This document shows positions 9,548 to 19,394 of a stretch of DNA of 64,000 nt, piece after piece. Below the pieces are notes generated by a model that saw nothing but the letters and a program-made list of their open reading frames with translations, was not told the DNA's origin and made no database searches. Source of the stretch: Patescibacteria group bacterium (GTDB taxonomy: Bacteria > Patescibacteriota > Minisyncoccia > Phycocordibacterales > PALSA-1337); assembly GCA_028865615.1 (NCBI GenBank), contig JAGWJT010000001.1, forward strand, positions 1,601 to 65,600, written 5' to 3'. A program made the position numbers and the translations under genes. Every line of letters starts with the position of its first letter. The stretch's first letter is position 1.

Positions 9548-9820
9548 ATGGCCCATCGCAAAGCAGAAGGTTCGACAAAAAACGGCCGAGATTCCAATCC
9601 AAAATACCTGGGCGTGAAGATAAATCACGGTCAGAAGGTCATGATAGGCCAGATCATACTCCGCCAGCGCGGCACGGATACCATGCCGGGATCAAATGTC
9701 GGCATAGGCAAGGATCATACTATTTTCGCCCTGAAAGAAGGCACGGTCTCTTTTGGCACCAAGCGCAAGACAAGCTTCAACAACGATATCGTCAGGAAGA
9801 AGATCGTGAACGTCGTTTAG
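9548..9820 (+). CDS. rpmA: 50S ribosomal protein L27
   Basis: 90 aa; [24 protein letters not shown]...RQRGT...GKDHTIFAL is the classic L27 pattern. Confidence 0.9.
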   Translation: MAHRKAEGSTKNGRDSNPKYLGVKINHGQKVMIGQIILRQRGTDTMPGSNVGIGKDHTIFALKEGTVSFGTKRKTSFNNDIVRKKIVNVV

Positions 9821-10260
9821 GCGGCTTCTATGGCCAGCTTGAACTTGACGGTTTTGTCCCCCACGTTCACCTCTATCATATGTTCACCGGTCTCTTTGAT
9901 CGGATGATCTAGTTTGATTGCCGATGTCTCTATCTGTAGACGCGTCTGTTTCAATAATTCGGCGGCCAATTCTTCCTTGTGCAAGCCGGAAAATAGATGA
10001 CCTTTGTCGTTGGCTTTGGCGGACATAGTGATGGTTTTTCCTTGTAGCTCGTTCAGGCTTTTCAAAGCCAGGTCATCCTGGACTTTGCGCTCGGCCGCGG
10101 CCTTGGCTTTGGCGGCCTCGAGCTTTTTCAGGGCCTGCGGCGTAGCCGCTACGGCATCGCCGCGCGGGATGAGCAGATTCAGGGCATGACCGCTTGAGAC
10201 GTCCTTGACGTCGAACTTGCGTCCCAACTTCGCCATGTCTTTCAACAGTATGATTTTCAT
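9817..10260 (-). CDS. rplI: 50S ribosomal protein L9
   Basis: 147 aa; [34 protein letters not shown] matches the L9 N-domain. Confidence 0.9.
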   Translation of the reverse strand: MKIILLKDMAKLGRKFDVKDVSSGHALNLLIPRGDAVAATPQALKKLEAAKAKAAAERKVQDDLALKSLNELQGKTITMSAKANDKGHLFSGLHKEELAAELLKQTRLQIETSAIKLDHPIKETGEHMIEVNVGDKTVKFKLAIEAA

Positions 10261-10267
10261 GTTATTT

Positions 10268-10320
10268 GTATTATTCGTAGATTCGTATTGCCTCTATTTG
10301 TAGCATTCGCATCATATTCA
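10268..10320. repeat. second copy of the murG-upstream motif (attcgtagattcgta ... tgtagcattcgca)
   Basis: ~50-bp stretch sharing two blocks with 121-163 (attcgtagattcgta 15/15; tagcattcgca 11/11). Confidence 0.4.
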
Positions 10321-11526
10321 CTTCATCCCATCCAGCAACTGCACGGCCTTGTCCATCTGAGGGTCCTTGCCGGCCGTCTGATCAGCCGTGGTCATGGTGA
10401 CGGGATAATCCGGATCAAGGCCGTCGTGCTGGAGATTGTGGCCGTCCGGAGTGAGCCAGCGGGCTACGGTGACCTTGAGCGAGGTGTCGTCTGTGATGGG
10501 TACGAGTTCCTGGACCACGCCCTTGCCGAACGTCTTGTCGCCGACTAGCTTGGCCACGCCGTGCTCTTCCAGGGCTCCGGACAGGATCTCTGCGGCCGAG
10601 GCAGTGCCTCCGTTGACCAATATCACCATGTCCAGATTGTTATTGAATATGTCGTATCCCCTGCTGCGATATATCTGCGGCGAGCCATTCTTGCCGAAAT
10701 CCTCGGTAACTACCACCGAGCCGGCCGGCAAGAACCAGGAAGCCATGTCCACCGCCGCTTCCAGATAGCCTCCGGGGTTGCCGCGCAAGTCCAATACGAG
10801 CTTGTGATCGCCGGATTGGACGAATTGGCGCAAAGCGTTCCTAAAAAGGTCCGGGGACTGGGCCGTGAAGCTATATAGAGTGATGACAAATATGCCGCCG
10901 GGCTTGGATGATGTGTCTATGGTCGGTATGTTGATGATATCCCTCACGATGGTGCGGTCTACAGGCTTGGAAGCTCCCGGTTGCAGGAATGTGATCTTGA
11001 CCGGGGTGCCCTTTGGGCCTCGAATGAGCTGGACGGCTTCGTCTACGCTCATGTTCTCCGTAGAAGTGCCGTTTATGGACAATATGGCGTCGCCGGTCTT
11101 GACGCCGGCTCTGGCGGCCGGAGAGTCTTTGATGGGAGCGATGACGACCAGCTGATTGCTTTTGATGCCTATCTCCATGCCTACTCCCTCGAAATCGCCT
11201 TGGATGTCTTCCTCGAACATCTTTGACTGGGCCGGCGGGAAGAACACGGTATAAGGATCGTTGTAGGCGGAAGCAAGGCCTTCTATGGAACCCCATATCC
11301 TATCCTGGACGCTCGTGGAAGCCGCATCTACGTCCTTCTGGTCCAGAATATTCCAAGCTTTCCAGAAAGGAGAGAATTGGTCGGTCGATACGGCGGATGC
11401 ATCGGTCGGCTGTTGGCCGGACGGGCCGGAATGGATGCCGCCTGCATAGAAGCCGACGATGAAAGCTATGACTACGGCCGGCAAGCCGATGAGCAGGTAA
11501 ACTAGCTTTTTGTCCGAAGGATTCAT
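10318..11526 (-). CDS. ctpA: carboxyl-terminal processing protease (S41 peptidase with PDZ domain)
   Basis: 402 aa; PDZ region (GVKTGDAILSINGTST) and S41 catalytic region (GGTASAAEILSGALEEHG...KTFGKG); N-terminal TM. Confidence 0.85.
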   Translation of the reverse strand: MNPSDKKLVYLLIGLPAVVIAFIVGFYAGGIHSGPSGQQPTDASAVSTDQFSPFWKAWNILDQKDVDAASTSVQDRIWGSIEGLASAYNDPYTVFFPPAQSKMFEEDIQGDFEGVGMEIGIKSNQLVVIAPIKDSPAARAGVKTGDAILSINGTSTENMSVDEAVQLIRGPKGTPVKITFLQPGASKPVDRTIVRDIINIPTIDTSSKPGGIFVITLYSFTAQSPDLFRNALRQFVQSGDHKLVLDLRGNPGGYLEAAVDMASWFLPAGSVVVTEDFGKNGSPQIYRSRGYDIFNNNLDMVILVNGGTASAAEILSGALEEHGVAKLVGDKTFGKGVVQELVPITDDTSLKVTVARWLTPDGHNLQHDGLDPDYPVTMTTADQTAGKDPQMDKAVQLLDGMK

Positions 11527-11595
11527 GTTGTCGGGATATTATTGCATATTCCGCGGTAGTTTTCAAAAGCCACGCTTTGTCATATAATTGGCTGC

Positions 11596-12519
11596 ATGAT
11601 AACGACACGTTCGGCAAAGGGCATATCCTGGATAGATCTGGAATCTCCGGTTGACGAAGAGATTGCCGGCCTTGTGCAGAGATATGGCATACATCCCCTA
11701 GTCGGAGAGGAGCTCAAGAGCTCTGCATCATCCGCAAAAGCGGAGCTCTACAAAGATTATCTCCTGGTGGTGATGACTATGCCTGTGCGCACCAAGATCG
11801 ACGGCACTCACGCTATCGAAGACCGCGAGATAGACTTTGTCATCGGCAAAGACTTCCTGATCACGTCGCATTTTGAGACGATAGATACGTTGGACAACTT
11901 TGCCAAGATATTCGAGGCCAACGCCATTTTGGACAAAGAAGCCAAGTTCGACCATGCCGGACATTTGTTCTATTACATAGTCATGAAGCTTTACGGTGCC
12001 ATGGTCGACGATCTCGAGAATATTCGCGACGACCTGTCGGTGGCCGAGACCAGGATATTCCGCGGAGATGAGAGGCGCATGGTAGAAGTGCTGTCGAAGC
12101 TATCGCGAGAGCTCATAGACTTCAGGCAGACGGCCAGGGTGCACAAAGACATATGGTCGGACATGCTCGAAGCAGAAGACAAATACCTTTTTGGCTCCGA
12201 CTTCAAGCCATATGTCAAAGCCATAAGCGACGAATTCGAGCGCATACACGACATCATAGCCAATTGCCGGGAGCTCGTAGCCGACTTGCGCGAGACCAAC
12301 GACTCCCTGCTCAATACGCATCAGAACGACATCATCAGGACCTTGACCGTCATCAACTTCATATTCATCCCTGCCACTTTCATCGCCGCCCTGTTCACCA
12401 TCCCGGCGTCGTACGTGCCGCTCATAGGCAGCGACATCGGCTGGACCATCATCCTCGCCGGCATGGTAGCCATAACCATAGGCATATGGTGGCTCATCAA
12501 GCGCAAGAATTGGATATGA
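11596..12519 (+). CDS. CorA/ZntB-like divalent cation transporter (two C-terminal TM helices; canonical GMN motif not evident)
   Basis: 307 aa; cytoplasmic alpha/beta domain followed by 2 TM helices at the C-terminus ending in basic residues; stop overlaps the cysS start (ATGA). Confidence 0.55.
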   Translation: MITTRSAKGISWIDLESPVDEEIAGLVQRYGIHPLVGEELKSSASSAKAELYKDYLLVVMTMPVRTKIDGTHAIEDREIDFVIGKDFLITSHFETIDTLDNFAKIFEANAILDKEAKFDHAGHLFYYIVMKLYGAMVDDLENIRDDLSVAETRIFRGDERRMVEVLSKLSRELIDFRQTARVHKDIWSDMLEAEDKYLFGSDFKPYVKAISDEFERIHDIIANCRELVADLRETNDSLLNTHQNDIIRTLTVINFIFIPATFIAALFTIPASYVPLIGSDIGWTIILAGMVAITIGIWWLIKRKNWI

Positions 12520-13916
12520 AAGGCCATACGACCGAGATCAAGCTCTTCAATACCCTTTCCGGCAAGAAAGAGGCTTTCAAGCCGCTCAGAGCCGGCCATG
12601 TCGGCATGTACCACTGCGGCCCGACGGTGTATGATGATGCTCACATAGGCAATCTTCGATCATACGTATTTGCGGATATCTTGCGACGCACGTTTGAATA
12701 CAACGGCTATTCAATCGACCAGATAGTTAACATCACTGATGTCGGCCATCTAACGAGCGATGCAGACGAGGGAGAAGACAAAATGACGAAGGCCCTGAAA
12801 CGCCTTGGCAAGCCGCTGACTTTGGATGCCATGAGAGAAACGGCGTCCGTTTATGAAGATCATTTCAAAGAAGATCTTGTCCTATTGGATATAGAGACTC
12901 CGTCAGCATTCCCGAGAGCCAGTGACCATATCAAAGACGACATTGAGCTGATCCATACTCTTGAGAAAAACGGGTACGCTTACAAGATCTCCAGAGGAGT
13001 ATGCTTCGACACTTCAAAGTTCGGAACATATGGCAAGCTAGGTAATATAAAGCTTGATTCGTTGAAAGATGGCGCGCGCGTATCTACCGATCCGGAAAAG
13101 AGAAACCAAACAGACTTCTGGCTTTGGAAATTCGATGACAATCTCGGCTGGGACAGCCCTTGGGGTCGAGGATTTCCTGGCTGGCACATAGAATGTTCGG
13201 CTATGTCCCGCAAATATCTCGGCCAACCGTTTGATATACACACGGGGGGCATCGATCATATCCCGGTGCACCACAATAACGAGATTGCTCAATCTGAAGC
13301 AGCATACGGCGTTCCATTGGCAAGATACTGGATACACAACGCTTTCTTGACTATGAATCGGAGCAAGATGGCCAAATCTGCTGGCGGATTTGTAACACTC
13401 AAGACATTGGTGACCAATGATTTATCACCTTTGGCTTACCGTTATTGGTTGTTAACCGGCCATTACCGCTCGCCAATGGATTTCTCGTATGAGGCCATAA
13501 AAGCGGCCCAAAACGCTTATAAACGGCTACAGGAGGCTATGGCTGGATATCCGGAGGGCGGCAAGGTGGATGCCGGCTTTGTCGGTAGATTTAAAGCTTT
13601 GATAAATGACGACTTGGACACGCCCAAGGCATTGGCATTGGCCTGGGAGCTAATCAAAGATGCGGGGGTGGACGATGCGGACAAGCGAGCGACTTTGTTA
13701 GATTTCGATCGGGTATTTGGATTGAAGCTGGGCTCGCTTCCCTGCCCTACTGACGAAGTCATTCCGGACAACGTGCGCGCCCTAGCCGACGAACGCGAAC
13801 AGGCGCGCCAGGCCAAAGACTGGAAAAAAGCCGACAAGTTGCGCGGGGAGATTGAGAGGCTCGGATATGAATTGAGGGACGCAGCTGGTGGAGCGGCTAT
13901 AAAGAAGAAAGTTTAA
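12516..13916 (+). CDS. cysS: cysteinyl-tRNA synthetase
   Basis: Starts MKGHTTEIKLFNTLSGKKEAFKP; HIGN (HIGH) and KMAKS (KMSKS) motifs; the longer ORF from 12153 is an out-of-context N-terminal extension overlapping corA. Confidence 0.9.
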   Translation: MKGHTTEIKLFNTLSGKKEAFKPLRAGHVGMYHCGPTVYDDAHIGNLRSYVFADILRRTFEYNGYSIDQIVNITDVGHLTSDADEGEDKMTKALKRLGKPLTLDAMRETASVYEDHFKEDLVLLDIETPSAFPRASDHIKDDIELIHTLEKNGYAYKISRGVCFDTSKFGTYGKLGNIKLDSLKDGARVSTDPEKRNQTDFWLWKFDDNLGWDSPWGRGFPGWHIECSAMSRKYLGQPFDIHTGGIDHIPVHHNNEIAQSEAAYGVPLARYWIHNAFLTMNRSKMAKSAGGFVTLKTLVTNDLSPLAYRYWLLTGHYRSPMDFSYEAIKAAQNAYKRLQEAMAGYPEGGKVDAGFVGRFKALINDDLDTPKALALAWELIKDAGVDDADKRATLLDFDRVFGLKLGSLPCPTDEVIPDNVRALADEREQARQAKDWKKADKLRGEIERLGYELRDAAGGAAIKKKV

Positions 13917-13930
13917 GCTGGGTATGGCAT

Positions 13931-14051
13931 GACCCGCAGCGGCATCGGTTGAAGAACATTTCGCAGGAATTTTCCAGCAGGAAAATTCCGAGACATAGCG
14001 CGGCCCCTGCAGGGGCCGACGCGTGTTCTTCAACCGATGCCGCTGCGGGTC
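13931..14051. repeat. palindromic intergenic element, copy A (conserved core + locus-specific 13-bp perfect inverted outer arms gacccgcagcggc / gccgctgcgggtc)
   Basis: Core ttcgcaggaattttccagcaggaaaattccgagacatagcgcggcccctgcaggggccgacgcgtg flanked by catcggttgaagaaca / tgttcttcaaccgatg; between convergent cysS and the 14080..14340 gene. Confidence 0.7.
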
Positions 14052-14079
14052 ACTCAACGTGAACACCGATAAAACCCGC

Positions 14080-14340
14080 TCAATCTAGCATAGCGCTCTC
14101 CTTGAACCTGGCGAAGTCGCGGATCTCGCCTTTGACGTCGGACAATTCATCGGCGATATCCTGTCTGCTGGCCTCTATCTTGTCCTCGAGGTCGGCCAGC
14201 CTGCCGTATATGCGCGATTCCGCCGCGTCTATGCGCTCCTCGAGCCTTTCGAAAGACCGGCCTATGGACACGGCCACGTCGTCGCCGTTCTTGTATATGA
14301 CACGCTCTAATAATTCGATGTCTTTTTGTTCTAATGACAT
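14080..14340 (-). CDS. hypothetical small coiled-coil protein
   Basis: 86 aa, charged heptad-like sequence (LEERIDAAESRIYGRLADLEDKIEASRQDIADEL). Confidence 0.45.
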   Translation of the reverse strand: MSLEQKDIELLERVIYKNGDDVAVSIGRSFERLEERIDAAESRIYGRLADLEDKIEASRQDIADELSDVKGEIRDFARFKESAMLD

Positions 14341-14396
14341 ATTTTTTGGCGTTACCTAATAATAACGATACGATAGCAAGTGACCGATAAAATCCG

Positions 14397-14452
14397 ACTC
14401 AAAAAAGTCTCAAATCCAGATAAAAAAAGTCTCAAATCCAGATAAAATTTCT
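14397..14452. promoter_or_regulatory. A-rich tandem motif (aaaaagtctcaaatccagataaaa x2), copy 1 of 3
   Basis: Exact 25-bp tandem duplication in the divergent region between the 14080..14340 gene and dnaB; related copies at 18585-18640 and 25721-25760. Confidence 0.45.
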
Positions 14453-14461
14453 TTCCACAGC

Positions 14462-15919
14462 TTGTCCACCGAAAAAGCGCCTGACGCCTCTCTTGATTCA
14501 TGCCCGCCCGTGCTACAATATGGATACATGAGCCCTCTGTCGCCATACCTGAAGACCAAAGACTTGAAGATACCTCCCCAAAATATCGAGGCGGAAAAGG
14601 CTCTTTTGGGCTCGGTGATGATGCGCGGCGAAGCTATGCACGACATAGTAGATATCGTCGGAGAAAGGTCTTTCTATTCGAACCAGCACAAAGCCATCTG
14701 GCAGAGCCTCTTCGAGCTCCATTCAAAGAACGTGCCCATAGACCTGCTCTCGTTGTCGACCCGCCTCAAGGAAAAAGGCCGCCTAGAAGAAGTAGGTGGC
14801 ATGTCGTATCTTACCGAGCTCATCAATGCCGTACCGTCGTCGACCAACGCCTCTCACTATGCGGAGATAGTCGAGAAGAAGCATGTCATGCGAGAGCTTA
14901 TACGGGCATCGGAGACCATAGGCGATCTCGGATACGACGAGGAGGCGGACTTGCACGACATCCTAGAGAAGGCCGAAAAAGCCCTTTACGAGGTGACCAA
15001 CAAGTCCGGTTCGCACAAATTTGTCGCATTGAAGGACACCCTCGACGAGGCCTGGGAGCGCATAGACCATCTGCACAATACCAGGCATGAGCTCAGGGGC
15101 GTGCCTACGGGCTTCCAGGAGATAGACAACAAGCTGTCCGGATTCCAGAAGTCCGATCTGATCATCTTGGCAGCTCGGCCTTCGATGGGTAAGACTTCCC
15201 TAGCCCTCGACATAGCCCGCAAAGCCGCCGTCAATCACAAAGTGCCCGTGGCCATATTCTCGCTGGAAATGTCATCCCAACAGCTGGTAGACCGCATGCT
15301 TGCAGCCGAGTCGCAGGTGGACGCCTGGAAGCTGCGTACCGGCCACAATCTATCCGTAGAGCACGACTTCAAGGCCATAGGAGACGCCATAAGCAGGCTG
15401 TCGGAGGCTCCCATATACATCGACGACCAGCCCGGCAACCATATCCTCAAGATGCGCGCCGTGGCCCGGCGCCTCAAGAACGAGGGCAAACTCGGCCTCA
15501 TCGTCGTGGATTACCTCCAGCTCATGGTGCCGACCAATGCCGGCAGATACAACGACAATCTCGTCCAGCAAGTCACCGAGATATCCAGATCGCTCAAGAA
15601 CCTGGCCCGCGAGCTGGAAGTGCCCGTACTGGCCCTCTCCCAGCTGTCTCGCGCCGTGGAACAGCGTGGCGGCAAGCCCCGTCTGTCCGACCTTCGCGAT
15701 TCCGGATCCATAGAGCAAGACGCCGACGTGGTCATGTTCATCCATCGCGAAGCCGACCAGGACCAAGGCGGCAGGAAGGAGGAGGCTGAGATCATGATAG
15801 AGAAGCACCGCAACGGTCCGACCGGCTCGATCAAGCTGTACTTCGATTCCAAGAAGACCTCGTTCCTGTCCGTCGACAAAGCCGACTTCGGCGATTTCGA
15901 AAAAGCCGCGGCAAACTGA
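14462..15919 (+). CDS. dnaB: replicative DNA helicase DnaB
   Basis: 485 aa; N-terminal PPQNIEAEKALLGSVM, Walker A ARPSMGKT, RecA-like C-domain; start may be the downstream Met (MSPLSPY, ~14528). Confidence 0.9.
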   Translation: MSTEKAPDASLDSCPPVLQYGYMSPLSPYLKTKDLKIPPQNIEAEKALLGSVMMRGEAMHDIVDIVGERSFYSNQHKAIWQSLFELHSKNVPIDLLSLSTRLKEKGRLEEVGGMSYLTELINAVPSSTNASHYAEIVEKKHVMRELIRASETIGDLGYDEEADLHDILEKAEKALYEVTNKSGSHKFVALKDTLDEAWERIDHLHNTRHELRGVPTGFQEIDNKLSGFQKSDLIILAARPSMGKTSLALDIARKAAVNHKVPVAIFSLEMSSQQLVDRMLAAESQVDAWKLRTGHNLSVEHDFKAIGDAISRLSEAPIYIDDQPGNHILKMRAVARRLKNEGKLGLIVVDYLQLMVPTNAGRYNDNLVQQVTEISRSLKNLARELEVPVLALSQLSRAVEQRGGKPRLSDLRDSGSIEQDADVVMFIHREADQDQGGRKEEAEIMIEKHRNGPTGSIKLYFDSKKTSFLSVDKADFGDFEKAAAN

Positions 15920-15927
15920 TCACTAGT

Positions 15928-16584
15928 ATGGACAGCATGCGACGATTAGAAGAGATATTCGCTCATTTCCCCGGCATCGGGCCGCGGCAAGCAAAGCGCT
16001 TCGTCTATTATCTCCTGAATAGACCGTCCGCTTCCATAAAAGAATTCACAGACTTGATCCACGAAGTCAAAACCTCGACGGCCGAATGCAATCGATGCCA
16101 CCGATTCTTCATGAGTGGAAATAGAGAAGCGGCTGGCGGCGGCAGAAAAACGGTTGTATGTCCTACTTGCGCCGATACATCGCGCGACTCTTCCCTGCTC
16201 ATGGTCGTGGCACGCGATTCGGATTTCGAATCGATAGAGAGAAGCGGCGCCTACAAAGGCCTGTATTTCGTCCTTGGAGGCACAGTGCCAGTCTTGGACA
16301 AAGAGCCAGATAAACGCATACGGTTGAAAGGGCTGTTGGCCAGGCTTGCCCAAAAAGACTCCCCTATCAAAGAAGTGATCTTGTCTCTGAATACCACTCC
16401 TGACGGCGAGAATACCGCGGAAACAGTGAAGCATGCGCTGCTCGATGCATCCGGCGCCGATCCGCTCTCATCGACGGAAACAAACATCAAATTGACCGTC
16501 CTGGGCCGCGGCCTTTCCACCGGCGCCGAGCTAGAATACGTCGACGGCGAGACGATCAGGAATGCCCTGTTGAATAGGCACTAG
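15928..16584 (+). CDS. recR: recombination protein RecR
   Basis: 218 aa; HhH (FPGIGPRQAKRFVYYLL), C4 zinc finger (CNRCHRFF...CPTC), Toprim region. Confidence 0.9.
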   Translation: MDSMRRLEEIFAHFPGIGPRQAKRFVYYLLNRPSASIKEFTDLIHEVKTSTAECNRCHRFFMSGNREAAGGGRKTVVCPTCADTSRDSSLLMVVARDSDFESIERSGAYKGLYFVLGGTVPVLDKEPDKRIRLKGLLARLAQKDSPIKEVILSLNTTPDGENTAETVKHALLDASGADPLSSTETNIKLTVLGRGLSTGAELEYVDGETIRNALLNRH

Positions 16585-16706
16585 TAGGCATCGGGACATC
16601 GGTTGAAGAACATTTCGCAGGAATTTTCCAGCAGGAAAATTCCGAGATATAGCGCGGCCTCTGCAGAGGCCGACGCGTGTTCTGAGGCCGATGTCCCGAT
16701 GCCTAC
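16584..16706. repeat. palindromic intergenic element, copy B (outer arms gtaggcatcggga / tcccgatgcctac)
   Basis: Same conserved core; exactly fills the gap between the recR stop and the rplU stop (convergent). Confidence 0.7.
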
Positions 16707-17039
16707 TTATCCCAGGGAATCAATTTTGACCTTGAAGTAGTGCTGGCGATGGCCATTTCTGGTCCAGCCGGAACGGCTCTTCTGTTTGTATTTGACTACC
16801 AGGACCTTGGCGGATCGGCCGATCTTGGATATGGTGCCGGTCACTTTGGCTTTGGCTATGTAAGGGGTCCCTATAGTAGTATCTTTGCCGTTATCTACAA
16901 GCAAAATCTTGTCGAAGACGACTTGGTCGCCCTCTTTGTATTCTTTGCCTTTTTCAGCCAAAAGCTTCTCGATAGTGATGGTATCGCCCTTGGAAACGGT
17001 ATATTGCTTGCCTCCTGTGGCTATGACTGCAAATTCCAT
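16707..17039 (-). CDS. rplU: 50S ribosomal protein L21
   Basis: MEFAVIATGGKQYTVSKGDTI matches the L21 N-terminus; the longer ORF to 17078 is an upstream extension. Confidence 0.85.
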   Translation of the reverse strand: MEFAVIATGGKQYTVSKGDTITIEKLLAEKGKEYKEGDQVVFDKILLVDNGKDTTIGTPYIAKAKVTGTISKIGRSAKVLVVKYKQKSRSGWTRNGHRQHYFKVKIDSLG

Positions 17040-17093
17040 AGTGCGTCCCACTATACAGGAATGGGTCCAAAAACGCAACTTTTTGGGTTTTTG

Positions 17094-17217
17094 GGGACCG
17101 GCGCGGACATCGGTTGAAGAACATTTCGCAGGAATTTTCCAGCAGGAAAATTCCGAGACATAGCGCGGCCTCTGCAGAGGCCGACGCGTGTTCTGAGGCC
17201 GATGTCCGCGCCGGTCC
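17094..17217. repeat. palindromic intergenic element, copy C (outer arms ggaccggcgcgga / tccgcgccggtcc)
   Basis: Same conserved core; between the rmuC stop and the rplU start (same strand). Confidence 0.7.
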
Positions 17218-18275
17218 TATTCAGTGACTTCCGGTTTGTCCAGCAAAACCGGCTCCAGACCCGGAGTCTCGCCCGTTATGCGCAAGACGTCCTTGTCTAC
17301 CTTCTTGAATTCCTTGCTCGAATTGTTGTAGTGGTTGACTACGGTCGATAGCGACACGCCAAGCTTGGAATGGTAATCCTCGTATTTTTTCAGGTGGGTG
17401 CCCAGCTGACCGACATGCTTGACTATATCCTTGGCTGTTTCTTCGATCTGCATAGCCTTCAAACCCTGCAAAACGGTCTGCAGATAGGCCAAGAACGAGG
17501 TCGGCGACACTATGATGACCTTGTACTTGCTGGCGGCGCGCTGTATCAGATTGTCCGTCTCGTCGGCGGATGAACCGATCTTGTTCACGAGCAGATCATA
17601 ATAGATAGCCTCATGCGGTATGAACATGAAAGCGAAGTCCATGGTCTTCTCGTCGGGCCTGATATATTTGGCCGTTTCCTGGATGCGCAGCTTGAGATCG
17701 TTGACGAAAGCCTTCTCCAGACGTTCCTTGTCGGCCGGATTCTTCTCCTCGGCCATCTTGTTGTAGTTTTCCAACGAGAACTTCGAGTCGACGGGTATGA
17801 CCTTGTCTTTGACGAAAACGGCCGCATCCACTACTTCCCCATTCTTGAACGGATATTGCATCTGATATTGGCCGGGTGGCAAAACATTCTTGAGCAAGGT
17901 CTCCAGATAATATTCGCCGAGGATGCCGCGATGCTTGGGATTCTTGAGTATATCCTCGAGCTCGCGTAGCTGGTTCTGAACAGACAAACTCTGTTCGCCT
18001 ATCTTCTTGACCTGAGTGATCTCGCTGGTGATGTCCTTGATCAACCTCTGCGACTCGCCGAACTGGCGATGGAGAGCGTTGGACATCTCCTTTGTGTTCT
18101 CGCCCAACTTGCGGTCGACTGTGTCGGACAAGCGATTGACCTGATCCAGCAACAACTTCAAGCCCGAGGAATCGTCAGTCGGCTTTATCCCTCTCTTTCC
18201 GCGAGAAATGGCCGCTAGTTGGATGATAATAACGACTGCTACGAGAATTATAAGTAGTATGAGTAGGATTTCCAT
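17217..18275 (-). CDS. rmuC: DNA recombination protein RmuC
   Basis: 352 aa; N-terminal TM, long coiled coil, C-terminal RmuC nuclease-like region (FMFIPHEAIYYDLL...VIIVSPTSFLAYLQ). Confidence 0.8.
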   Translation of the reverse strand: MEILLILLIILVAVVIIIQLAAISRGKRGIKPTDDSSGLKLLLDQVNRLSDTVDRKLGENTKEMSNALHRQFGESQRLIKDITSEITQVKKIGEQSLSVQNQLRELEDILKNPKHRGILGEYYLETLLKNVLPPGQYQMQYPFKNGEVVDAAVFVKDKVIPVDSKFSLENYNKMAEEKNPADKERLEKAFVNDLKLRIQETAKYIRPDEKTMDFAFMFIPHEAIYYDLLVNKIGSSADETDNLIQRAASKYKVIIVSPTSFLAYLQTVLQGLKAMQIEETAKDIVKHVGQLGTHLKKYEDYHSKLGVSLSTVVNHYNNSSKEFKKVDKDVLRITGETPGLEPVLLDKPEVTE

Positions 18276-18277
18276 AT

Positions 18278-18577
18278 CTAATGCATGACTTTATCGACAG
18301 CGTTGTTTACAATATCAATGATAGAAGGAGCTATAGCTAATGTGAATTCTTCACGAAATACTCTTCGTGACTCTTCTGTGGCTATCTCTCTGGCTCTTTC
18401 GTCTGTAGAATAACCGGACATTAGCTCTTTCATTAATTTAAACTCATAACTCATTTTATCCCAAAGCAGGCCGTTATTTAGCTTGACGGCTTCGTTTATA
18501 GACGTATCTATGTATCTTTTATCGCTTATTGTAAGCATTGAAATGTATGCTAATCTTATAATGTCTGGAGTATACAC
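18278..18577 (-). CDS. hypothetical protein (AT-rich, no recognisable domain)
   Basis: 99 aa ORF in an AT-rich stretch directly downstream of rmuC. Confidence 0.4.
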   Translation of the reverse strand: MYTPDIIRLAYISMLTISDKRYIDTSINEAVKLNNGLLWDKMSYEFKLMKELMSGYSTDERAREIATEESRRVFREEFTLAIAPSIIDIVNNAVDKVMH

Positions 18578-18584
18578 ACAAGGT

Positions 18585-18640
18585 GTTCAAATCCGGCTCA
18601 AAAAAGTCTCAAATCCGAATCAAAAAAGAATCAAATTTTA
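18585..18640. promoter_or_regulatory. A-rich tandem motif copy 2 (gttcaaatccggctcaaaaaagtctcaaatccgaatcaaaaaagaatcaaat)
   Basis: Lies in the divergent region between the 18278..18577 gene start and the GatB/YqeY gene; a TATAAT box follows at 18652-18657. Confidence 0.45.
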
Positions 18641-18668
18641 ATAAAATCGCATTATAATCATACACGCC

Positions 18669-19142
18669 ATGACCCTACATCAGACGATTAAAGACCAAGT
18701 CAAAGACGCTCTGCGCGCAAAGGATACGATACGCCTGGACACATTGCGCGGCCTGAATGCCCTATTCCTGAACGATATCGTTATGGGCAAAGCCGAAGCC
18801 GACAAAGACGGCAACATAACCGACGACAAGGCTCTAGCCATCATCAAGCGTTCGGCCAAACAGCGCAAAGACTCTATCGAGCAGTTCGAAAAAGGCGGCA
18901 GGCAAGACTTGGCAGCCAAGGAGAAAGAGGAATTGGCCATCCTGGAATCATTCATGCCGGACATGATGAGCCGCGAGGAGATAGCTATCATAGCCAAAGC
19001 GCGCATAGAAGCCCTGAAGACGGGCGGCACTTTCGACCCGAAAGCGGGCGGCAAGATCACGGGTATGATCATGAAAGAATTGGCCGGCAAAGCCGACGGC
19101 GCAGATGTCAAAGCGGTGGTGGACGAGCTGTTGACAAAATAG
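18669..19142 (+). CDS. GatB/YqeY domain protein
   Basis: 157 aa; all-helical small protein whose pattern (TIKDQVKDALRAKD...RLDTLRGL...) matches the YqeY family. Confidence 0.75.
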   Translation: MTLHQTIKDQVKDALRAKDTIRLDTLRGLNALFLNDIVMGKAEADKDGNITDDKALAIIKRSAKQRKDSIEQFEKGGRQDLAAKEKEELAILESFMPDMMSREEIAIIAKARIEALKTGGTFDPKAGGKITGMIMKELAGKADGADVKAVVDELLTK

Positions 19143-19394
19143 CACTAGTGGTGCTATAATGACAGCCGAACTCAACGAAAGGTTCTTATGACATTACAGC
19201 GTGGATTGGAATTGCTTCGTGCTACTAGGGAAGCTATAACGCGCGGAGAAGATGTCAATGCGTTGATCCCAAAGATCATCCCGGAGACACGTTTCAAAGT
19301 TCCCATATCTGTTGAAGGTCTTGCGCCATCAACAAAAACTGAGAACGGGCGTGAGTCATCCCTCCAACTCAATATATCTTATATGACATATTGG

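Noticed and set aside
12153-12515. N-terminal 120-aa His/Arg-rich extension of the cysS ORF in the track
   Set aside because: It lies in an alternative frame over the 3' end of the corA-like gene. cysS homology starts at MKGHTTEIKLF (ATG at 12516), and that start gives the typical 4-nt ATGA overlap.
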